A DNA stretch of 64,000 bases. Source: Candidatus Methylomirabilia bacterium. Its GTDB lineage: Bacteria > Methylomirabilota > Methylomirabilia > Rokubacteriales > CSP1-6. A model generated the notes under the pieces. It did no database searches. It was not told where the DNA came from and worked only from the letters and a program-made list of their open reading frames with translations. Positions 28,002-35,591 of the stretch are shown here, piece by piece. The DNA lies in NCBI GenBank assembly GCA_041497895.1, contig JBGQHJ010000001.1, positions 73,947 to 137,946 on the forward strand, in the 5' to 3' direction. Both the position numbers and the translations under genes were made by a program. Numbering within the stretch: the stretch's first letter is position 1; each line of letters starts with the position of its first letter.

Positions 28002-28741
28002 GACCAGACCTCCTTGGGAAACGGGAGCCCCTCCAGATCGGCGTCGGTGAGCGGCGCGTCCTTCGCCACGCGCATCTCATCGAGGAACCAGTAGATCTGC
28101 CGCAGGTGCTGGGCGGTGTGCCACGTCGTGCGCTCCATGAACTCGGGCGCCGACTGGGGCCCGTAGTAGGTGCTGACCTGGCCGTCGCACCAGCCGGGGC
28201 GGGCGAAGTAGGCCCGGAGGCGCTGACGCACCGTCTCGCCGTAACGCGCCACCGCCTCGCCGTCGGCCATCTCGCGGGGCGCGTTCTCCTCGAACCACGC
28301 TCCGTCGAGATGCCCCTGCTCGCGGGTGTCCGCGAACGAGGCGGCCACCCGGAAGACGTGGAACCCGAGCTGGCGCACGGTGCGATCGCGCCCCGGGTAC
28401 TTCATGCCGAGATGCTCACGCGGCACCTGGCGCATCGCCCGCTGGGTGGCGGCGAGGACCATGTCCATGCGCTCGGCCAACTCGGGCGGGGTCAGCTTCT
28501 TGGGCGCGCGGTAGCGCACGCCGACCAGCTCTGCGAGGGCCTGCGGGTTCCAGCCGTGCACGATGCGGTCCCCCACGATGGTCGCGGGTACCCGCTGCAC
28601 CCCGAAGGCGGTCAGATCGGCGCGCCGCTCCGGCTGGGCCTCGACGTCGAAGCCCTCGAAGGTGACTCCCCATGACGAAAGCAACTCTTTCGTCTTGGCG
28701 CAGGAGCTTCAGCCCTGGCGGTAGTAGACGCGGGCGCTCAT
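27998..28741 (-). CDS. Probable selenoprotein: glutaredoxin-like (U-S-S-C) domain fused to DinB-like domain, 247 aa
   Basis: ATG 28741 MSARVYYRQG-TGA(28711-28709)-SSCAKTKELL continues in frame into the ORF-track 228-aa ORF; Grx VP cis-Pro motif; DinB-like H...HxxxH (LGFH, WHTAQH); SECIS-like hairpin. Confidence 0.8.
28664..28708 (-). other. Bacterial SECIS-like stem-loop
   Basis: GACGAAAG-AGTTG-CTTTCGTC perfect 8-bp stem (28694-28674), loop 22 nt after UGA; lower stem CTCC/GGAG. Confidence 0.72.
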
Positions 28742-28850
28742 AGCGCGGTCATCTGCAGCCATTCTCGGCTCCTCGTTAGCACTGAAGTGACTGACAAGAG
28801 CAACTCGTCATCCTTCGGCTTCTCAATATACCGCAAGAGCTCAGCCTCGT

Positions 28851-29114
28851 TTAGGGTCCGCCCGCACCGACCGCGCAGATGTCCTGGCCCCCCAGGTACA
28901 CCCCTCCGCGGGCTTGGCATTGCTGCTCGGCCGCCTGCTGCCCGGCAGTCGAGCGAGTGCAGGTCCCTGCTGCATACGTGCCACCGGCGGACGTGCAGAT
29001 CCCGAGTCCGCCGGCGGAGCAGGCGGCAAGAGAGAGCAAGGCGGCGAGCGCGAGAGGGACGGGACCTACCGGTCGCAGCAGGGCGGTGGCCGCCCTCCAA
29101 GGACGCTGGCGCAT
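28851..29114 (-). CDS. Small Cys-rich putative lipoprotein
   Basis: LAAC lipobox; two C..xGGxY....C repeats. Confidence 0.65.
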   Translation of the reverse strand: MRQRPWRAATALLRPVGPVPLALAALLSLAACSAGGLGICTSAGGTYAAGTCTRSTAGQQAAEQQCQARGGVYLGGQDICAVGAGGP

Positions 29115-29172
29115 ACGGGAGATTCTCCCTCACCGAGGGCGGGGACGCTCGGTTACCTTTGTTCCACCGCGG

Positions 29173-29188
29173 GTGTAATCTGTTACAC
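29173..29188. promoter_or_regulatory. Palindromic putative operator GTGTAA-TCTG-TTACAC
   Basis: AT-rich inverted repeat between divergent small ORFs. Confidence 0.45.
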
Positions 29189-29203
29189 GCCGAAAGACAC
29201 ACC

Positions 29204-29338
29204 ATGCGCTACGTCTGGATCGGACTCTTGCTCCTTCTATCTGGCTGCGCGAGCTACACGCCGCAGCCGCCACTCACTCACGGACGGGCGACTCCCCGCA
29301 GCGTCACGATCGACGCCTGTGGTGATGGAGGCGCGTAG
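29204..29338 (+). CDS. Tiny putative lipoprotein (44 aa)
   Basis: MRYVWIGLLLLLSGCASY lipobox; paralogous to 29616-29714; weak RBS. Confidence 0.5.
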   Translation: MRYVWIGLLLLLSGCASYTPQPPLTHGRATPRSVTIDACGDGGA

Positions 29339-29345
29339 CCATCCC

Positions 29346-29564
29346 TCACCTCCGCTCGCAGAAGCCACCCACCAGGTCGTCCCGGTACCACCGGAAGCCG
29401 TTGCGCTCGCAGATCGCTTTGAGCTCATCCTGGGTGTAGGTCGGCGGGATGGGTGCGGTGGTCATGCAACCGACCACGCACGCCGCCGCGCTTGCGCTGA
29501 GTATTGCCGCCCGGGCCCACGCCAGCGTTTGGATGATTCTGCCCCCCGATGCGGAATGGTACAC
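29346..29564 (-). CDS. Small putative lipoprotein
   Basis: VVGC lipobox-like then PIPPTYTQDELKAICERNGFRWYRDDLVGGFCERR; start uncertain. Confidence 0.5.
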   Translation of the reverse strand: MYHSASGGRIIQTLAWARAAILSASAAACVVGCMTTAPIPPTYTQDELKAICERNGFRWYRDDLVGGFCERR

Positions 29565-29615
29565 CCGGGAACGGCGCCTCGAGATGTGGCCTGCCCGAGC
29601 GTGCGGGAGGTGACT

Positions 29616-29714
29616 ATGCGCTATGCCTGGATCGCACTGCTGCTGTTGTTCGCCGGTTGCGCCGGCTACCTGCCGCCGGCCGCAAGCCACCCCGCTCCGT
29701 CAACCTTCGACTGA
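29616..29714 (+). CDS. Tiny putative lipoprotein (32 aa)
   Basis: RBS GGAGGTGA; MRYAWIALLLLFAGCAGY lipobox. Confidence 0.6.
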   Translation: MRYAWIALLLLFAGCAGYLPPAASHPAPSTFD

Positions 29715-29845
29715 GGGGACGGAGCGTAGCGAGCCGGCGGCTCGCAACCCGGACGGGCAGGACGGTCGAAGGTTGCCCAGCGCATGAATCGGTGGGTAGC
29801 ACCGTCAGAGTCGATAGAAGGAAGCGGCATCGAGGAGGTGCTTCC

Positions 29846-30154
29846 ATGATTCGTAAGCTGGTTCTGGGAATGACGATTCTCGCGCTCGCGGCGTTGCCTC
29901 TGCCGGCATGGGCAGCGCGCGCCGGTGGGCACGATGGCAGGCAGGAGGCTCGCGGTAGCCACCAGCAGTTTCATGATCACGAGCGGTTCGCGCACCGGCC
30001 GTCCATCGGGTTCTATCCGTTCCCGTACTATGCCTACGCGCCGCCTGCGTGCGCCTGGCAGCCCGGGTACTCGGTAAATCAGCCCTATGTGGACGCGTGG
30101 GGTCGCTACACCTACGTGCAGCAGTGGGTGCCGGGGCAATGGATCTGCCCTTAG
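29846..30154 (+). CDS. Small exported His/Tyr/Trp/Pro-rich protein
   Basis: RBS GAGGAGGT; signal peptide ending PAWA; WVPGQW motif. Confidence 0.7.
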   Translation: MIRKLVLGMTILALAALPLPAWAARAGGHDGRQEARGSHQQFHDHERFAHRPSIGFYPFPYYAYAPPACAWQPGYSVNQPYVDAWGRYTYVQQWVPGQWICP

Positions 30155-30185
30155 GACCGTCCGATCCCTCAAGGAGGTGCGTGCG

Positions 30186-30302
30186 ATGCGCTATCTGAGG
30201 GTCGTGTTGCTGCTGCTGGCGGTCGCGATCGGAGCTCAAGCCTGCATCTTCGTGCCGGTCGGCGGGGGTGGCGGCCATCGTCACCATCACGACTGGCATT
30301 AG
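30186..30302 (+). CDS. Tiny putative lipoprotein with Gly/His tail (38 aa)
   Basis: RBS AAGGAGGT; MRYLRVVLLLLAVAIGAQAC-IFVPVGGGGGHRHHHDWH. Confidence 0.65.
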   Translation: MRYLRVVLLLLAVAIGAQACIFVPVGGGGGHRHHHDWH

Positions 30303-30328
30303 ACGGACGACAGGCTAGGAGTACATCG

Positions 30329-30368
30329 CCCGAAGGGGTGGAGCCATCTAGCCGCCCCTTCGGGTTCT
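30329..30368 (+). terminator. Putative intrinsic terminator
   Basis: CCCGAAGGGGTGG/CCGCCCCTTCGGG stem then TTCT, between convergent genes. Confidence 0.5.
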
Positions 30369-30421
30369 CACCCTAAGACTGCCGGCGCGCGTATCGCCGG
30401 ACCAACCGGATGGCGGGCCGC

Positions 30422-31936
30422 TCACTCCACCGGCCCGATGCCGCGGCGGCGGAAGATCCGCTTGAGGACCGCCGTGTGGCGCTTCCGGTAGAGGTTGCGG
30501 TCCGCGTCGAGGATGGCCCGCGCCCCGCGCGCGAAGGTGGTGAAGCCGTCGAGCTGGAAGTGGCTCTCGACGATGATGCGATCCGCCACCGGCCGCCCGG
30601 TCGCCTTCCAGATGTCCCACAGGGTGGCGGACCAGATCTGGCCGTTCTCGTGCTCGTCGGCGCGCGGGCCGTGGTCGAAGCTCTCGTACGTCAACGGGGA
30701 GTCGAGCCGCCGGACGCAGGGGGGCGTGCCCTCGCCCTGCGCGCCGTCCCAGGTCATCACCGCGTCGCGATAGGCGGGCGGCTTCTTCCCGGCGAAGAAG
30801 CTGGCCGCGAAGTAGTCGCCGAATCCTTCGCCCATCGCGGCCGCCTCCGGGGATTGGCCGAAGTCGGGGCAGATCGCGTCCTGGAGCGCGTGCCCGAACT
30901 CGTGCAGCACGGTCTCGCCGTCCTCCGCGTCGTCCACGCCGCCAGTGCCGAAGGTCAGGGTTCGCTCGCCCGGGCTGTACCACGAGTTGTCGTCGCGCGT
31001 GCCGCGCGCGTTCACGTCGAGCGGCCGCGCGAACAACTTACGCGAGCCGCGGTAGCCCAGCCGCTCGAGGTACGCGATGGCCTCGTTGACGTGGTAGTAG
31101 GCCGAGACCTCCTCGAAGCCGGCACGGAAACTGGGCACCGAGAAGTCGAGCCCCGCGCGGACCAGGCGCGGCTTCGTGAGCCGAGTAGTCACCCGCCGTC
31201 CATCCAGCCGGCGGTTCCCGCGCAGGCCGGTGAGCGTCACCTCGGCGTAGGCGGCCGCGGGCGGACGCCGCACCCGGTCGGCCCCGTCGAGGGGCTCGAA
31301 GCCGCGCACCCGGGCCATGGGATTCGGCAGGAACACCGTCGCGCGCCCGGTGGCCTCGGCCAAGTTGTCGTAACGGCTGATGACGCTCCCGGTGACCGCG
31401 TGCACGTACGTGATGATCTCCGCGCGGGGCCGGGTGCGGTGGACGCGCACGCGCCACGCGGGATGCAGCAGCCGCCGGGCCGGGTACCAGAGCAGCTCCG
31501 GCCTGCCCACCACCCACGCGCGCCCCTTGCCGCGTCCGCCGCCCGCGAGCGCGGCCCGCACCGCCCTCGCGCTCGTGATCCGGGGCTCCTCGGCGTGGCG
31601 CAGCACGTCCTCCGGCACGGCCCGGCTCTTGACCAGGTACACCCGGTGGTTCCGGCCGATGTGCACGGTGACGTAGGCGCGGTGGATCCGGCGCCGGCGC
31701 CACAGCTGCTGGAGGATGACGTGGTCGGCGCCCTGGCCGTGGATCACGCGGCGCACGTCGAGCCGGTCGAGCGCGGAGGTGATGCCGAGGGTCTCGTGGT
31801 TGGCTTCGAGGAACGCCCGCGCGATCGCCGTCGGCGATCCCTCGCCGCGATCGCTACGAAAGCCCCAGAGCTCCTTCGGGGTGCGATAGTACTTGCCGGG
31901 GATGCTCTTGAACGACTTCGCGGTGAGCTTTCTCAT
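30422..31936 (-). CDS. M36/M4-like zinc metallopeptidase
   Basis: DAEDGETVLHEFGH, MGEGFGDY, EHENGQIW; propeptide-like N-terminus. Confidence 0.85.
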   Translation of the reverse strand: MRKLTAKSFKSIPGKYYRTPKELWGFRSDRGEGSPTAIARAFLEANHETLGITSALDRLDVRRVIHGQGADHVILQQLWRRRRIHRAYVTVHIGRNHRVYLVKSRAVPEDVLRHAEEPRITSARAVRAALAGGGRGKGRAWVVGRPELLWYPARRLLHPAWRVRVHRTRPRAEIITYVHAVTGSVISRYDNLAEATGRATVFLPNPMARVRGFEPLDGADRVRRPPAAAYAEVTLTGLRGNRRLDGRRVTTRLTKPRLVRAGLDFSVPSFRAGFEEVSAYYHVNEAIAYLERLGYRGSRKLFARPLDVNARGTRDDNSWYSPGERTLTFGTGGVDDAEDGETVLHEFGHALQDAICPDFGQSPEAAAMGEGFGDYFAASFFAGKKPPAYRDAVMTWDGAQGEGTPPCVRRLDSPLTYESFDHGPRADEHENGQIWSATLWDIWKATGRPVADRIIVESHFQLDGFTTFARGARAILDADRNLYRKRHTAVLKRIFRRRGIGPVE

Positions 31937-32047
31937 GAGGGCCCCCACCAAGGGCATTTTCCCCGGAGATCCTAGCACGGCCCCGACCATCCCGACGCGG
32001 TGCAGAGCAATCGGGCGCCTTCTGATCGCGGTCGAGCGCGGCGACGA

Positions 32048-33616
32048 TCAGGAGCGGGTGAGGCCGAAGGCGTCGGCGTAGCGCCGCCAGGCGTCGAGGT
32101 GGCTGCCGTACTTGCGATGCCCGGCGGTGTGCTTGGCCGAGGCGAGCAGGAGTCGGTCGCGATCGCCCGCGGTGCTGTGGCCGTAGTCGTCGAGCAGGCA
32201 GATCCCGAGCTCCTGGTTGTGCGGGTCGTTGCCGGCCTTGGCCGCCCCGACCGCGAGGGTCTGGACGAGCGCGGCGCGGTCGGCGCCGGAGCGCAGGTAG
32301 GCCGCCGTCCAGTCCATGGCCTCGAAGGGGCGCAGGCCGTCGAGGGCCACGTCGAGCCGCTCGAGCAGCTGCGCGGCGGTCAGCGCGTCGGAGCCCTTGG
32401 GCGGGGCGACCTTCACCGCGTGGTTGTCGGGGGTGTGCTTCTGGTGATGGGCCGCGCGGTTGACGAAGGCGGCGGCCACGAACAAGAGCTTGAGCCGGTG
32501 CGGGTGCGCGAAGGAGTCGAAGAACCAGCGCACCGTGTTGCAGTACTCGTAGCTGTGCTGCGGCATCGAGTACGAGTTGGGGTCGCCGGTCTCCATGATG
32601 AGCTGGGCCGACGCGAGCTGGACGGTGTCGATGATCTGGCGCAGGCCCCGGCCGTTCTTGAGCAGGGCCACGATCAGGTCGATGTAGCCCGGCTCCTGGC
32701 CGCTCAGCAGCGCGTCCTGGAGCGCGAGGGACTCCACCGGGGTGAGCGCGCCGTCGTTCTCCCAGAGCTCCCGGTCGCGGTTGTCGAGGAAGTTCTGCAC
32801 GACCAGGCAGCCCATCTCGTAGGTCGAGTACCAGCGCGGGCCCACCGCGATGTCGGGCACGCCCGCGTAGAGGATGCTGTGCGCGTCGCTCCAGCCCACC
32901 GCGCGGGCCAGCTCGACGGTGGCGCGCGCGCGGTAGGACTTGTGGCCGGTGGTGTAGGACCGGTTGTACAGCACGCGATCCTGCACGTCGATGAGGCCCG
33001 CGAAGACGAGCTGGGCCAGGAGTGGGGTGCGCTTGGCCGCATCGGCCGCCGCCTCCTCCCACAGGCCGAGGAAGACCCGGTAGGCGTTGATCACCTCGCC
33101 ACGCTGCACGAGGGTGAGCCACCTGTTGAGCTTCTCGGGCCACGTGCCCTCGATGGCGAGCGGCTCCTGGTCCGGCCAGTGCACCTCGGGGAGCGGCGGC
33201 TTGCCCTCGAACTTGATCTCGTAGAGCCGCACATAGTGGCCGGGCATCTTGCCGATGAGCTGGTTCCACGGATCGAGGCCGGTCGGCATGTACCAGATGG
33301 TCTGCGCGAAGGGCAGGTAGCGCAGCTCGGGCGGCATCAACGGTAGCAGGTCGATGCCCGCGCGCGAGCTGAGCAGGCAGTGGTCGTTGTTCACGAACCG
33401 CACGATGCCGTCGTCGAGACGCTGGTGATACGGCACGTGGGTGTAGGGCGCGTGGATGCGCACGAGCTGGCCGACCAGCTGGGGGATGGGCACCCCCGCC
33501 CGCACGAGGTCGTAGAAGATGTCGCTGGCGCCCGCCTGGTCCCGCTCGAGGATCTTGTCTTCGAGTCGCGCGTAGGCACTGCCGACTGCCGGGAGCCGAT
33601 CGGTGGAGAGGGCCAT
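32048..33616 (-). CDS. Conserved-looking hypothetical protein with repeated His-containing helical units
   Basis: RBS AAGGAG; strong coding bias; 522 aa. Confidence 0.8.
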   Translation of the reverse strand: MALSTDRLPAVGSAYARLEDKILERDQAGASDIFYDLVRAGVPIPQLVGQLVRIHAPYTHVPYHQRLDDGIVRFVNNDHCLLSSRAGIDLLPLMPPELRYLPFAQTIWYMPTGLDPWNQLIGKMPGHYVRLYEIKFEGKPPLPEVHWPDQEPLAIEGTWPEKLNRWLTLVQRGEVINAYRVFLGLWEEAAADAAKRTPLLAQLVFAGLIDVQDRVLYNRSYTTGHKSYRARATVELARAVGWSDAHSILYAGVPDIAVGPRWYSTYEMGCLVVQNFLDNRDRELWENDGALTPVESLALQDALLSGQEPGYIDLIVALLKNGRGLRQIIDTVQLASAQLIMETGDPNSYSMPQHSYEYCNTVRWFFDSFAHPHRLKLLFVAAAFVNRAAHHQKHTPDNHAVKVAPPKGSDALTAAQLLERLDVALDGLRPFEAMDWTAAYLRSGADRAALVQTLAVGAAKAGNDPHNQELGICLLDDYGHSTAGDRDRLLLASAKHTAGHRKYGSHLDAWRRYADAFGLTRS

Positions 33617-33730
33617 GGCGACGCTCCTTTGCGAGTTGCCGAGACTCTGGCACTCCCGGGGGCGCCTGTCAAATCGGCCTCCCCCGGGGGGCTTGGCGGG
33701 GCCCGGATCGTCTGCTAGGCTCCGCCCGAC

Positions 33731-34858
33731 ATGGCGACGATCGCCCCGAGCATCCGCGGACTCAAGCCGGTCGCCTGGCTCGACTGCCCGGGCGGCGGCC
33801 AGGTGTCGGTCGACGACACCATCGCCTACGTCGCGCACATGAAGGCGCCGCACGGCACCAGCATCGTGGACGTGAGCGATCCGGCCCGGCCCCGCGTCCT
33901 CGCCACCGTCGAGGTGCCGGCTCACACGCACTCCCACAAGGTGCGCGCGGCCAACGGGCTCATGCTGGTGAACCGCGAGGCCCAGCCCGCCCACCAGCCG
34001 CCGGCCGGGGTGGGGGGCGGCCTCGTGATCTACGACGTCTCCGCCCCGGCCCGCCCGCGCGAGATCACGTTCTGGAAGTGCGGCGGAGCGGGCGTGCACC
34101 GCTTCACCTTCGACGGGCGCTACGCCTACATCTCCCCCGAGATGGACGGCTACGTGGGCAACATCGTGATGATCCTGGACCTCCACGACCCGACCCGCCC
34201 GCGGGAAGTCGGGCGCTGGTGGATGCCCGGGCAGTGGACCGGAGGCGGGGAGACCCCGGCGTGGTCGGGGCGGCACCACCGCTGCCACCATCCGATCCGG
34301 TCCGGCAACCGGCTCTACGTGAGCTACTGGCACGGCGGGTTCGTCATCCTCGACATCGAGGACATGGCCAGGCCCCGCTTCGTATCCGGCCTGGACTGGA
34401 GCCCGCCCTACATCACGCCGACCCACACCGCGCTGCCGCTGCCCTTCCCGCTCCACGGCCGGCGGATCATGCTGGCCGCCGACGAGGACGTGGCCAAGAC
34501 CGCGCCGGGCCCGCCCTCGTTCATGTGGCTGGTCGACATCACCGACGAGCGCCACCCGGTACCCATCTCGACCTTCCAGGTGGCCGGAGTGGACGGCGAC
34601 CCGCAGCCCGAGTTCACCGGCTGCCACCAGCCGTGCGAGCGGGTGACCGGGACCGAGATCCCGGTGGCCTGGTTCGCCCACGGCCTGCGTGTCGTGGACG
34701 TCTCGAACCCGCACGCGCCGCGGGAGGTTGCCCACTTCCTGCCGGAGCCGCCGACGGGCCACGCCCGGGTCTCGAGCAACGACGTGGAGGTGGACGGGCG
34801 CGGGCTCCTCTACCTCATCGACCGGGGCCGAGGTCTGCACATCCTAGAGCGGACTTAG
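33731..34858 (+). CDS. LVIVD-repeat beta-propeller protein
   Basis: Repeated IVDVSDP / IYDVSAP / ILDLHDP / VVDVSNP units. Confidence 0.87.
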   Translation: MATIAPSIRGLKPVAWLDCPGGGQVSVDDTIAYVAHMKAPHGTSIVDVSDPARPRVLATVEVPAHTHSHKVRAANGLMLVNREAQPAHQPPAGVGGGLVIYDVSAPARPREITFWKCGGAGVHRFTFDGRYAYISPEMDGYVGNIVMILDLHDPTRPREVGRWWMPGQWTGGGETPAWSGRHHRCHHPIRSGNRLYVSYWHGGFVILDIEDMARPRFVSGLDWSPPYITPTHTALPLPFPLHGRRIMLAADEDVAKTAPGPPSFMWLVDITDERHPVPISTFQVAGVDGDPQPEFTGCHQPCERVTGTEIPVAWFAHGLRVVDVSNPHAPREVAHFLPEPPTGHARVSSNDVEVDGRGLLYLIDRGRGLHILERT

Positions 34859-34907
34859 CCCACGCCGGCCGCGTTTCACACGGGCCCCGGTGCGGTGTCT
34901 CAGGGGC

Positions 34908-35591
34908 ATGAACAACAGAACGGATCGCGGCTTCCTGGTCCTGGCCGACGTATCGGGGTTCACCGCCTTCGTCACCACCACCGAGCTCGAGCACGGCTCC
35001 GAGATCATCGCCACCCTGCTCGACGAGGTGATCGCGCGCCTCTCGCCCCCGCTCGAGATCCAGGAGATCGAGGGCGACGCGGTCTTCGCCCTGGCCGGAG
35101 AGGCCGCCGAGCTGCCGCACACCCGCCTGCTGGGCGTGCTGGAGGAGGCGTTCGCCGCGTTCAAGACCCGCCAGCAGGCGATGCAGGCCGTCGAGACCTG
35201 CCAGTGCGGGGCCTGCCAGCAGATCGCGATCCTCGACCTCAAGATGGTCGTGCACCACGGGCCCTTCCTGCGGCACACGGTGGCGGGGCGCAGCCGGGTC
35301 ACCGGCACCGCGGTGATCCTGGTGCACCGGCTGCTGAAGAACGGGGTGGGGCGGAAGGGTGGCTACGCGCTGCTCACCGAGCCGGTGCTGCGGTCGCTGG
35401 GCATCGACGGCGAGCAGGCCGGCCTGCCGGCGCACACCGAGCGCTACGAGCACCTCGGCGACGTGCGCTGCTTCGTGCGCGACCTCTCCCCATCTCCCTC
35501 CCTCTCCCCGGAGGGGAGAGGGCAGGGTGAGGGGCTACAGGGTGAGGGGCTACAGGGTGGGGGGGTTCTTCACCCGCAGGCGATCGCGTAG
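34908..35591 (+). CDS. DUF2652 domain protein (adenylate cyclase-like fold)
   Basis: LADVSGFTAF, EIEGDAVF, CQCGAC, LKMVVHHG, VILVHRLLKN. Confidence 0.85.
   Translation: MNNRTDRGFLVLADVSGFTAFVTTTELEHGSEIIATLLDEVIARLSPPLEIQEIEGDAVFALAGEAAELPHTRLLGVLEEAFAAFKTRQQAMQAVETCQCGACQQIAILDLKMVVHHGPFLRHTVAGRSRVTGTAVILVHRLLKNGVGRKGGYALLTEPVLRSLGIDGEQAGLPAHTERYEHLGDVRCFVRDLSPSPSLSPEGRGQGEGLQGEGLQGGGVLHPQAIA
35500..35565 (+). repeat. Intrastrand triplex / boxC-like repeat with 15-nt tandem duplication
   Basis: CCCTCTCCCC-GGA-GGGGAGAGGG then (CAGGGTGAGGGGCTA)x2 plus a partial copy. Confidence 0.75.

Noticed and set aside
28709..28711. In-frame TGA read as a nonsense mutation (pseudogene)
   Set aside because: It falls exactly on the redox Cys position, is followed by a SECIS-like hairpin, and the rest of the gene is intact; Sec is more parsimonious, though not proven
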